Below are positions 19,789 through 28,777 of a stretch of DNA of 64,000 nucleotides, piece by piece. The stretch is from an uncultured virus (IMG/VR IMGVR_UViG_3300029305_007917) (Duplodnaviria > Heunggongvirae > Uroviricota > Caudoviricetes): the IMG/VR virus record IMGVR_UViG_3300029305_007917; one strand, written 5' to 3'. Every line of letters begins with the position of its first letter. Positions within the stretch are counted from its first letter, which is position 1. A program made the position numbers and the translations under genes. The notes under the pieces are model-generated. The model ran no database searches and was not told the origin of the DNA. It worked only from the letters and a program-made list of their open reading frames with translations.

Positions 19789-20319
19789 ATGGGCAAACGA
19801 GGTCCCCAACCCGGAACGGGCGGCAGACCCCGAAAGGCACTGTCAGAAAAATTGATAGAAGGCAACCCCGGTAAAAGAGAATTGAAAGTAATTGAACTGC
19901 CAACTCTCGAAGGTGCTGAAATGCCGAAGCCGAATGCCTACCTTTCTGACAAGCAAAAGACCGGTCACGATTTTCAAGCGGTAAAAATTTATGAAGACCT
20001 ATGGCATTGGTTACAAGAACGCAAATGTGAAAATCTTATATCGGCATCCGTTATGGAACGCTATGCTTTGTCTGCTGCACGACTTATACAGTGTGAGCAG
20101 TGCATTTCCGAATATGGATTCCTTGCAAAGCACCCCACAACGGGTATGGCTATCATTTCACCTTATGTGCAGATAGCTCAAAACTATATGAAGCAAACAA
20201 ATGCCTTATGGTCAACCATTTATCAAATCGTCCGTGAAAACTGCTCAACAGATTACAAGGGTGAAAACCCCCACGATGATATGATGGAACGTTTGCTTTC
20301 AACACGAATGGGAGGTTAA
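19789..20319 (+). CDS. Terminase small subunit (P27 family)
   Basis: MGKRGPQPG, GNPGKR, KHPTTG..IISPYV. Confidence 0.85.
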   Translation: MGKRGPQPGTGGRPRKALSEKLIEGNPGKRELKVIELPTLEGAEMPKPNAYLSDKQKTGHDFQAVKIYEDLWHWLQERKCENLISASVMERYALSAARLIQCEQCISEYGFLAKHPTTGMAIISPYVQIAQNYMKQTNALWSTIYQIVRENCSTDYKGENPHDDMMERLLSTRMGG

Positions 20320-20321
20320 CA

Positions 20322-21467
20322 ATGAGCAGAAGAATTTTAACAGCAGAGAGTGTCTGTGAAGGACACCCTGACAAACTGTGTGATTTGATTGCGGATGCTA
20401 TTCTTGATGAATGTCTTCGCAATGACCCCTACTCTCGTGTAGCCTGCGAGGTACTTGCGACACATGGCAAGATATGTATTGCCGGTGAGCTTACAACTTC
20501 TTCACAGGTAGATTACATGAAGGTGGTAAAAAACACACTTTCGGATGTAGGCTACGAGCCTTCCGAGTACAAGATTGAAATTGACATTCACAAACAGAGT
20601 CCCGACATTGATGGTGGCGTTACTAAAAAGGATGGTACTCTCGGTGCAGGAGACCAAGGTGTGGTCTATGGATTTGCTTGTGATGAAACAGCTTGTCTCT
20701 TACCTTTACCGGTTGTACTTGCAAATTCAATTACACGAACAATTGATGGAATGCGACACGATGGTGAGCTTGACGGCATAAAGCCTGATGGCAAGTGTCT
20801 CGTTTCAATCGAATATGAAGACGATGTTCCGATTCGTATTTCCGACATCGTTATTTCAGTTCAGCACGATGAGAAGTTAAGTCTTGAAGAAGTCACTGCT
20901 CGTATCAGTTCAGTGGTACTTCCGAAGGTTTTCAAACGCTATCCCATCGATGCAAAAACAAGAGTTCTTATAAATCCATCGGGCAGATTTGTTGTTGGTG
21001 GCCCCGAAGCTGACACCGGTCTTACCGGTAGAAAACTTATGTGTGACACCTATGGTGGTTTAGCTCATCACGGTGGCGGTGCTTTTTCAGGTAAGGATGC
21101 AACAAAAGTTGACAGAAGTGCAGCTTACTATGCTCGTTATGTTGCAAAGCACATCGTGGCAACTGAACTCGCAAAGAAATGTGAGGTCTGTGTCACTTAT
21201 GCTATCGGCAAAGCTGAACCGGTCGCAGTTGAAATTGAAACCTATGGCACAAGTAATTTCACATCAGAAGATTTACTTGAGGCTGTAAATGACACTTTTG
21301 ATTTCACCCCTTACGGAATTATTGAACAGTTAAAACTCCGTGAACCTATTTTCACACAAACTACTCGTTATTGTCATTTTACTAATCAGGATTTACCTTA
21401 TGAACAAGTTGACAGAGTCACAGACCTTTTGGGACATGTGATTTTTGGAAAGGAGTACAAGAAATGA
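20322..21467 (+). CDS. metK: S-adenosylmethionine synthetase
   Basis: ESVCEGHPDK, GAGDQG, NPSGRFVVGGP.ADTGLTGRK, GGGAFSGKD. Confidence 0.95.
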   Translation: MSRRILTAESVCEGHPDKLCDLIADAILDECLRNDPYSRVACEVLATHGKICIAGELTTSSQVDYMKVVKNTLSDVGYEPSEYKIEIDIHKQSPDIDGGVTKKDGTLGAGDQGVVYGFACDETACLLPLPVVLANSITRTIDGMRHDGELDGIKPDGKCLVSIEYEDDVPIRISDIVISVQHDEKLSLEEVTARISSVVLPKVFKRYPIDAKTRVLINPSGRFVVGGPEADTGLTGRKLMCDTYGGLAHHGGGAFSGKDATKVDRSAAYYARYVAKHIVATELAKKCEVCVTYAIGKAEPVAVEIETYGTSNFTSEDLLEAVNDTFDFTPYGIIEQLKLREPIFTQTTRYCHFTNQDLPYEQVDRVTDLLGHVIFGKEYKK

Positions 21468-22696
21468 TTATTGAAAAAATCAAAGTAGAAAAACTACTCC
21501 CTGCCGATTACAACCCTCGTAAGGACTTAAAACCCGGTGATGCAGAGTATGAAAAGCTCAAGCGTTCCCTTGATGAGTTTGGTTATGTTGAACCCGTCAT
21601 TTGGAACAAGACTACAGGAAATGTGGTCGGTGGTCATCAGCGCCTTAAGGTTCTCATCGCAACAGGCATAAAAGAAATTGAATGTGTTGTTGTTGAAATG
21701 GATGAAACCAAGGAAAAGGCACTCAACATTGCTTTGAATAAAATCAGTGGTGATTGGGACAATGAAAAATTGGCTCTTCTTATCACAGACCTTCAAGGTT
21801 CTGAATTTGATGTGTCTTTAACCGGTTTTGATGCCGCTGAAATTGATGACCTTTTCAAAGATGCACTCAAGGATGAAGTTGAAGATGATAACTTCGATGT
21901 TGAAGCTGAATTGCAGAAACCCCCGGTAACGAAGTCCGGTGACTTATGGCTCTTGGGTAACCACAGAGTTTTCTGCGGTGACAGTACAAAGGCTGAAAGT
22001 TACACCATTCTTATGGATGGCAAGAAAGCAAACCTTGTTGTTACTGACCCACCTTACAATGTAAACTACCAAGGCACAGCCGGAACAATCCAAAATGACA
22101 ATATGTCTGATGATAATTTTTATCAATTCTTACTCGCTGCGTTTACCAATTGCGAAAAAGCAATGGCGGACGATGCGAGTATTTATGTTTTCCACGCTGA
22201 CACCGAAGGCTTGAACTTTAGAAAGGCTTTCAAGGATGCAGGCTTCTATCTTTCAGGTACTTGCATTTGGAAAAAGCAGAGCTTGGTTCTTGGCAGAAGT
22301 CCTTATCAGTGGAAACATGAACCTGTGTTGTTCGGTTGGAAAACCAAAGGTAAGCACAATTGGTATTCCGACAGAAAGCAGAGTACAATTTGGGAATTCG
22401 ATAAACCTAAAAAGAATACTGACCATCCTACGATGAAGCCTATTCCATTGGTGGCTTATCCGATTCTCAACTCTTCACTTACCAACTGTATCGTTCTTGA
22501 TATGTTCGGTGGTTCAGGTTCAACTCTCATTGCTTGTGAACAAACCAATCGTGTATGTTTCAGCATTGAGCTTGACGAAAAGTACACCGATGTTATCGTG
22601 AACCGTTACATTGAGCAAGTTGGTACTGCTGAAAATGTAAAACTTATCCGTGATGGTAAGACCTACACATACGATGAGGTGGTCAATGATGAGTAA
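21464..22696 (+). CDS. ParB-N domain fused to N6A/N4C DNA methyltransferase
   Basis: YNPR...GGHQRL; TDPPYN, HPTMKP, DMFGGSGST. Confidence 0.9.
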   Translation: MIIEKIKVEKLLPADYNPRKDLKPGDAEYEKLKRSLDEFGYVEPVIWNKTTGNVVGGHQRLKVLIATGIKEIECVVVEMDETKEKALNIALNKISGDWDNEKLALLITDLQGSEFDVSLTGFDAAEIDDLFKDALKDEVEDDNFDVEAELQKPPVTKSGDLWLLGNHRVFCGDSTKAESYTILMDGKKANLVVTDPPYNVNYQGTAGTIQNDNMSDDNFYQFLLAAFTNCEKAMADDASIYVFHADTEGLNFRKAFKDAGFYLSGTCIWKKQSLVLGRSPYQWKHEPVLFGWKTKGKHNWYSDRKQSTIWEFDKPKKNTDHPTMKPIPLVAYPILNSSLTNCIVLDMFGGSGSTLIACEQTNRVCFSIELDEKYTDVIVNRYIEQVGTAENVKLIRDGKTYTYDEVVNDE

Positions 22697-24605
22697 CCTT
22701 ACACTCGGTTCTCTTTTTGACGGCTCCGGTGGTTTTCCACTCGGTGGATTGATGAACGACATCATTCCTGTGTGGGCAAGTGAAATCGAGCCATTCCCTA
22801 TAAGAGTTACAACAAAGCGACTTCCGTTTATGAAACACTACGGAGATGTTGCAAAAATAAATGGTGGTGAGGTTGAGCCTGTTGATATTATCACTTTCGG
22901 TTCACCTTGCACCGACCTTTCTATTGCGGGCAAGAGAGCAGGTCTTGACGGGCATCAATCCGTGCTGTTCTTTGAAGCAATAAGAATCATAAAAGAAATG
23001 AGGAAGAAAACAAATGGTGAATACCCCAAGTACATCGTGTGGGAAAACGTGCCGGGTGCTTTCTCAAGTTCCAAGGGACAAGACTTTAGAGAAGTCCTTG
23101 AGCAAATTGTCAGGATTAAAGATGAAACCATTTCACTTCCTATGCCTGAAAACGGAAAATGGATGCACGCGGGAGAAATCGTGGGAAACGGTTACTCCGT
23201 TGCTTGGCGAACATTGGACGCTCAATATTTCGGAGTCGCTCAACGCAGACGTCGTTGTTACCTTGTCGCAGATTTTAGAGAAGAACGTGCCGGTGAAATA
23301 TTATTTGAGTTCGAAGGCTTGTCAGGGTATACTCCGCAGAGCTTCGAGTCGTGGAAAAGAGCTACCCTTTATGCTGAAGACAGCCTTGGAGCAACAGGCT
23401 TCGATGGATATAACGGAGCATTAACCGGTGACCAAGCATCCACGCTCGGTGTCAACTGTGGAATGTCCACGGGTCGCACCGGTGTTATTGCTTTTGAACC
23501 GGGAGCAACGAAACGAATCGGAAGCCACGCTTGGGAAGACCAAAGCGGTACACTCCGAGCTGATATGGGTGACAATCAAATAGCTGTTGCAGTTGAGAAT
23601 CACCCTAATGACAGCAGAGTAAAAATTAGAGATGACGGAAAAGTACAGTCTCTTACTTCTCGTATGGGTACAGGCGGTGGCAATGTTCCTCTTGTTCTGA
23701 ACGAAAGAACAATGGGAATGGATGTAACAGAAGACCTTGCTCAAACATTACTCTCGACTGATTACAAAGGCGCACAGTGTGTTTGTGAAGAAACTCCGAC
23801 AGCTTATGGAGTTTGCTCCGACCAAAGCAACGCAATGTTATCACCCAATCCGAAGAGTGGTTTTTATGAAGCTGACACAAGCAGAACCCTCGACCAAAAA
23901 GGCAGCAATCCCGCTTGTAACCAAGGTGGAATTGCAGTGGTTCACTGTATCGACCAAGGTGGTGGAAAGAGTGCTTGTAATGTTACTGAAGAAAAAGCTC
24001 CGACTCTTGCTTGTACGCACGGCGGTGAACCTGTCGTTTGTGTTAAAAAAGATGATGTGGTTTATTCCATTGACAGAGCAACCTTCAACTGTGGTGCAAA
24101 CTACAACAGAAACTTGGGCATTGCTGAAGATGGATTGAATTCCACCCTCACATCAAGAGGACCGTCAGCAGTTGCACTCCCTGCTTCATTTTATCCACAG
24201 ATGAAAGCGGAAAGTCAGTCCTTCAGAACTGAACAAGCAAATACACTTGTTAATGGTACAAACCCCGGTTACCAAAATGGTGTAATTGAAAGCAACTATA
24301 CAGTAAGAAGACTTACTCCCGGTGAGTGTGCAGTTCTTCAAGGTTTCCCACGATGGTGGGCTACAGAGCTTGAGGAACTTAACCCCACAGAAGATAATAT
24401 AACTTTTTGGTGTAGTGTTTTTGAAACCCACAGACAGGCTGTAAATCCTAACAAAAAACCGAAACCTCGTAGCCAAGTAATCAAGTGGTTACAGAACCCT
24501 CACAGTGATAGTTCTGAATATAAAATGTGGGGTAACGGAGTAGCACTTCCTTGTGTTGCTTTTGTTTTGGCAGGTATTAAGTGGGCAAACGAAAAAAGCC
24601 GATAA
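22686..24605 (+). CDS. Phage C5 cytosine DNA methyltransferase with expanded variable region
   Basis: SLFDGSGG, GSPCTD, WENVPG, QRRRR, RRLTPGECAVLQGFP, WGNGV. Confidence 0.9.
   Translation: MMSNLTLGSLFDGSGGFPLGGLMNDIIPVWASEIEPFPIRVTTKRLPFMKHYGDVAKINGGEVEPVDIITFGSPCTDLSIAGKRAGLDGHQSVLFFEAIRIIKEMRKKTNGEYPKYIVWENVPGAFSSSKGQDFREVLEQIVRIKDETISLPMPENGKWMHAGEIVGNGYSVAWRTLDAQYFGVAQRRRRCYLVADFREERAGEILFEFEGLSGYTPQSFESWKRATLYAEDSLGATGFDGYNGALTGDQASTLGVNCGMSTGRTGVIAFEPGATKRIGSHAWEDQSGTLRADMGDNQIAVAVENHPNDSRVKIRDDGKVQSLTSRMGTGGGNVPLVLNERTMGMDVTEDLAQTLLSTDYKGAQCVCEETPTAYGVCSDQSNAMLSPNPKSGFYEADTSRTLDQKGSNPACNQGGIAVVHCIDQGGGKSACNVTEEKAPTLACTHGGEPVVCVKKDDVVYSIDRATFNCGANYNRNLGIAEDGLNSTLTSRGPSAVALPASFYPQMKAESQSFRTEQANTLVNGTNPGYQNGVIESNYTVRRLTPGECAVLQGFPRWWATELEELNPTEDNITFWCSVFETHRQAVNPNKKPKPRSQVIKWLQNPHSDSSEYKMWGNGVALPCVAFVLAGIKWANEKSR
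23014..23424 (+). CDS. Overprinted +1-frame ORF resembling the beta polypeptide of EcoHK31I-type methyltransferases
   Basis: GEHWTLNISE...TLSQILE...KYYLS.KACQGILRRA..RGKELP; GAGG upstream of ATG; resemblance recalled from memory. Confidence 0.55.
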   Translation: MVNTPSTSCGKTCRVLSQVPRDKTLEKSLSKLSGLKMKPFHFLCLKTENGCTREKSWETVTPLLGEHWTLNISESLNADVVVTLSQILEKNVPVKYYLSSKACQGILRRASSRGKELPFMLKTALEQQASMDITEH

Positions 24606-24684
24606 TCTTTGGTGGTTTTTGGTATTGCTATTTTTGTTAATAAGAGCAATATATGTAGCTACCAAAATTAAAGGAGGAAAATGT

Positions 24685-24918
24685 ATGTCATTCTTTGGAA
24701 TTACAGAGGCAGAACTCAAAGCCTTGAGAGAGAAGTATCCCAAGGGAACTCGTGTTAAGCTCGTCTCTATGAATGACCCTTACAACCCTAAACTTCACAG
24801 CGGTTGCTTGGGAACAGTAAAGCACGTTGACGATGCCGGAACAGTACATATTTCTTGGGATTGTGGCTCTTCCCTTGGTGCTGTTTTCGGTGAAGATATC
24901 ATCGAAAAAGTACAGTAA
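24685..24918 (+). CDS. DUF4314 family protein
   Basis: YPKGTRVKLVSMNDPY, GTVKHVDDAG, WDCGSSLG; own promoter and RBS. Confidence 0.8.
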   Translation: MSFFGITEAELKALREKYPKGTRVKLVSMNDPYNPKLHSGCLGTVKHVDDAGTVHISWDCGSSLGAVFGEDIIEKVQ

Positions 24919-25048
24919 TAATTGCCACAAAAGTACACAATTTGTATCAATAAAGATTGTGTACTTTATGCCTCATAATTGTCTGGATATATGTGTGTTT
25001 TAGAGTTAATATGACACTACCAAAAGACAAGGAAAGAGGTACAAAACA

Positions 25049-25954
25049 ATGTTAACAACAAAATTTGGTATGGAAGTTGAATTCACAGGCATCACAAGAA
25101 CAAAGGCTGCAGAGATAGTTGCAAAGCACTTTAACAGCACAGTAACTTCAGCAGGCACTTACTACGACAAAAAAGTAGTTCTTGACAGCCACGGCAGAAA
25201 ATGGACAGTGATGTTTGACGGAAGCATCAAGCCCCTTAAAAAGGAAGGCGGAGTTAAGGTTCACGCATCCGACCTTTACAAGTGCGAATTGGTAACACCG
25301 ATTTTAACTTACAGAGAGGACATCGACAGCCTTCAAGAACTCATAAGAGAACTTCGCAAAGGCGGAGCTTTTGTGGACGAAGGAAGTTGCGGAATTCACA
25401 TTCACCTTAACGGAGCAGACCACACACCAAGGTCAATACGAAACTTCATAAACATCATCGCATCGAAGAACGACCTTCTTTACAAGAGCCTTCAAATAGG
25501 TTCAGCAAGAACAAGATGGTGCAAAAAGATGGACAGCAATTTAGTTGAGAAAATCAACAAGAAAAAGCCTACCACATTCAATCAAATCGAGAACATTTGG
25601 TACGATGGCTTTTATCAATCAAGAGACACTCACTACCACGACAGCAGATACCACTTTTTGAACCTTCACAGTTTCTTCCACGGAAACCACACAGTTGAGT
25701 TAAGAGGATTTAACAGCACCCTTCACGCAGGCAAAATCAGAAGCTACATTGTTTTAGCCTTGGCACTCAACCACCAAGCATTAACACAGACAAAGGCAAG
25801 TACCAAAAAAGCACAAACTGAAAATGAGAAGTTCGCAATGAGAACCTACCTCAACAGAATCGGCTTGATTGGTGACGAGTTCAAAAACTGCAGAGAACAC
25901 CTTTGCAAACACCTTGATGGCTCGGCTGCTTGGAGGAACGGAAGGGTGGCTTGA
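25049..25954 (+). CDS. Amidoligase (COOH-NH2 ligase) family protein
   Basis: FGMEVEF, DGSI, ELVTPIL, SCGIHIH, RYHFLN, TVELR. Confidence 0.87.
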   Translation: MLTTKFGMEVEFTGITRTKAAEIVAKHFNSTVTSAGTYYDKKVVLDSHGRKWTVMFDGSIKPLKKEGGVKVHASDLYKCELVTPILTYREDIDSLQELIRELRKGGAFVDEGSCGIHIHLNGADHTPRSIRNFINIIASKNDLLYKSLQIGSARTRWCKKMDSNLVEKINKKKPTTFNQIENIWYDGFYQSRDTHYHDSRYHFLNLHSFFHGNHTVELRGFNSTLHAGKIRSYIVLALALNHQALTQTKASTKKAQTENEKFAMRTYLNRIGLIGDEFKNCREHLCKHLDGSAAWRNGRVA

Positions 25955-26009
25955 AACCACCCCTCCTCCATACCTGAAAATCAAAATCAAATATGAAAGG
26001 ATGACTACA

Positions 26010-26450
26010 ATGTCAAAACTCTATTTAGCATATGGCTCAAATCTTAATCGTCAGCAAATGGCAGTTCGATGCCCCACAGCAAAGGTGGTCGGCACAACAT
26101 TCCTTGAAGGATACAAGCTCCTTTTTAGGGGACCACACGCAGGTGCGGTTGCAACAGTTGAACCTTCCAAGGATGACAAAGTCCCTGTTATGATTTGGGA
26201 AATTCAAGACAGAGACGAAGCTGCTCTCGACATTTACGAAGGCTACCCAAGACTTTACACCAAAGAAACTGTCAAGGTAAAGCTCGGCAGAAAGAATGAA
26301 GAAGTTATGATGTATGTGATGACCGAAGGCAGACCACTTAATCTACCAAGTGCTTATTACTACGGAACAATTCTTCACGGCTACAAAGGAGCTAAATTCG
26401 ACAAAAAGTTCCTTGACGATGGAGTTGAACGCTCAAGAACAACAGCTTAA
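26010..26450 (+). CDS. Gamma-glutamylcyclotransferase family protein
   Basis: YLAYGSNL, LDIYEGYP. Confidence 0.87.
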   Translation: MSKLYLAYGSNLNRQQMAVRCPTAKVVGTTFLEGYKLLFRGPHAGAVATVEPSKDDKVPVMIWEIQDRDEAALDIYEGYPRLYTKETVKVKLGRKNEEVMMYVMTEGRPLNLPSAYYYGTILHGYKGAKFDKKFLDDGVERSRTTA

Positions 26451-26531
26451 AGGCTGTTGATTATATAGAACACGAACCTTGCGACCTCTTTCCTTAACGC
26501 TTGGTTCGTGTTCAACTTTATTATGAACACG

Positions 26532-26557
26532 GAGCATCCCATTGGGGTGCTTTTTTT
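26532..26557 (+). terminator. Intrinsic terminator after the moron operon
   Basis: AGCATCCC-ATTG-GGGTGCT then T-run. Confidence 0.65.
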
Positions 26558-26579
26558 GTGTCACTTTTTAGGAGGAAAA

Positions 26580-28526
26580 ATGAGACAAATATATATTGAT
26601 TTAACCACCGATAGAGCTCCGTCATCAGCCGGAAGTTTCATCGGTTACATTGGTGAGCATAACGCCACCGAACTTTTAATCTCAATTCCACAGACGATGG
26701 TTAATAAATCCGATTACCAAGTTCTCGTTTTTCAATCGGGGCCGATGGTTTTTCGTTCCGGTCGTATTACCGAGGACAACACCAAGAATACCTATCGTGA
26801 TGGAAATACAATTCATTCCCTTATAAGTAAATCACTTACAAGGGTTACAGCACTTTCTCTTCAAGTGGAGTGCTACAAGGAAGATTTTAATGGTGAGGCT
26901 TCTCTCGTTGGTAAGACACAGACAGTACCAAACCTTATGCTCAAGCCTTCACCTGATGGTTTTCCTGCCTTTAATTATGATGGCTCATACGAAGACATCG
27001 ACAAAGCGATTGACAACGCTCACAAGCACGACAATCTTGAAGTGCTTCACAAATTCGGAACAGATGAAGATGGAGCTTTAACCTTCGATGGTTATCGTAT
27101 AGGCAACTCTGCTGTAAGAACATACTCCACTCCATCCGAGTTTCCTGAAACAGCCAATGTCGGAACAATGGTTTTTGCTGAAAATGATGATGCTGAACCT
27201 GTCATTGAAGATGTACTGATTGAAAGTGGTAAAAAATATGAAAGACTCCGTTTGAAATTCAAACCGGATATCACCTCATTCGGTATTGGTAAAAACTTCG
27301 TTGAGCGTTCATCTTCTGATGAAAAAATCGGTGCTGCTTCAGGTGAATACCTTATAGCACACGATGACGAAACCATAGTTGCACTTTTTGGTTTTGCTCA
27401 TATTGACAATGCACTTTCAATTGGTATAGCTACACCAACAGCCTATGAAACAACAAAGATGGCATACGGCAAAGATGAAAATCTCCGATATGCTGAAGGA
27501 GTATTGTACCTTTACAATGCAATTCCTAATTTTACAGTTGACGGACCTATTCAAAACTTGGAAGTTGGCTGGTATAGAATGATTACTAAAGAAACAAATT
27601 TCACTGTTGATTCATCTTTTAGCATTAGAAGTGACAGTGATGTAGTCGTTGAAAAATTAACTGAAGATGACCCTCTTTTTTCTGTATATCATAATGTCGG
27701 AATTATCCCGACTGAAGCAACTACAAATGCAGAATTGCAGAATGAGTTTTTTACAAAAATGTTTGAAATTGTACCACCCCCTGTAAAAAGAAAAGGGTTG
27801 TACATCTTTACAAGTTTGGGTTGGACTTCTCTTGAAGATTACATTAACAGTGCAACTAAAATTGTAAACATATTTGCTGACCTTCCTGAAGATTGCCCGG
27901 TAGGTACACTTGCTAATGTCTTATATGATGGTGGTCAAATGGATACACCTTCAAAATCCACCTTCAATAAAGACAGTATCTATGCAGGAGTTTACTTTGC
28001 ACCATTTCCTATACACGAAACACTTCTCTTCGATTTTGCGATTCACGGAATCTATTCAGAAGGTACACAAAGTTATAAAGGCTCATTTGATGTGGAAACA
28101 ATGCTTGAATACGGCATAATTTCAGTTGCTGTTAGTAAAAGATATGACACTTCAGCAACGGATGTATATGTGTATTCTATGAAAGAGCAAACATTAACCT
28201 TGGATGGTTTTACGGGTCATCTGTATAAAGGATGGAACAAAGTAATCTTTCTACCTGATGAAACCGTATATCTAAAACCGATTACGAACTTGGCTGAAAT
28301 ACCATCAGTAACATCAAATCCGGATGTTATTGCTTCACCTTGGGGTTACAAAATCACCGACCTTGAAATTGAAGGTAACAGTGCAACAACTCTTCACACT
28401 TATTTCATGTCACCGAACCCTTGTGTCGAAAAAGATAATGGTGCAGGTCTTTGGGTCAAGTGTGAAGATGGTTGGATGAAAACGGAAAATCCCGAAGAAT
28501 TTTTAATGAAGGAGATTGAATTATGA
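26580..28526 (+). CDS. Putative tail fibre / receptor-binding protein with internal duplication
   Basis: N-terminal GYIGEHNATEL (BppU-like), HKHDNLEVL motif, two related modules; ATG 26580 after AGGAGG. Confidence 0.55.
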   Translation: MRQIYIDLTTDRAPSSAGSFIGYIGEHNATELLISIPQTMVNKSDYQVLVFQSGPMVFRSGRITEDNTKNTYRDGNTIHSLISKSLTRVTALSLQVECYKEDFNGEASLVGKTQTVPNLMLKPSPDGFPAFNYDGSYEDIDKAIDNAHKHDNLEVLHKFGTDEDGALTFDGYRIGNSAVRTYSTPSEFPETANVGTMVFAENDDAEPVIEDVLIESGKKYERLRLKFKPDITSFGIGKNFVERSSSDEKIGAASGEYLIAHDDETIVALFGFAHIDNALSIGIATPTAYETTKMAYGKDENLRYAEGVLYLYNAIPNFTVDGPIQNLEVGWYRMITKETNFTVDSSFSIRSDSDVVVEKLTEDDPLFSVYHNVGIIPTEATTNAELQNEFFTKMFEIVPPPVKRKGLYIFTSLGWTSLEDYINSATKIVNIFADLPEDCPVGTLANVLYDGGQMDTPSKSTFNKDSIYAGVYFAPFPIHETLLFDFAIHGIYSEGTQSYKGSFDVETMLEYGIISVAVSKRYDTSATDVYVYSMKEQTLTLDGFTGHLYKGWNKVIFLPDETVYLKPITNLAEIPSVTSNPDVIASPWGYKITDLEIEGNSATTLHTYFMSPNPCVEKDNGAGLWVKCEDGWMKTENPEEFLMKEIEL

Positions 28527-28774
28527 TAAAAGAAACTAAACTTTATGCGTTGCTTACAAAACAGGCAACTCGTGAAACTACAGCTCCTCTCAAGGTTAAA
28601 ATTTCAAACCTTAAGGAAGAGCTTAATGCTTCCGACTACAAGGTAATCAAGTGTGCAGAATATTCTCTTGCACAGCTTGAACCCCCATATGACATTGCTG
28701 AATTACACGCTGAAAGGCAGAAAATTCGTGATGAAATCAACTCCCTTGAAGTCGAGATTTCTTCAATGGAGTAA
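28523..28774 (+). CDS. Small protein of the type following tail fibre genes (possible assembly chaperone)
   Basis: LNASDYKVIKCAE...YDIAELHAERQKIRDEIN. Confidence 0.55.
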   Translation: MIKETKLYALLTKQATRETTAPLKVKISNLKEELNASDYKVIKCAEYSLAQLEPPYDIAELHAERQKIRDEINSLEVEISSME

Positions 28775-28777
28775 TTT

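Noticed and set aside
26580..28526. Diversity-generating retroelement target
   Set aside because: No reverse transcriptase and no adenine-variant template repeat seen in the window
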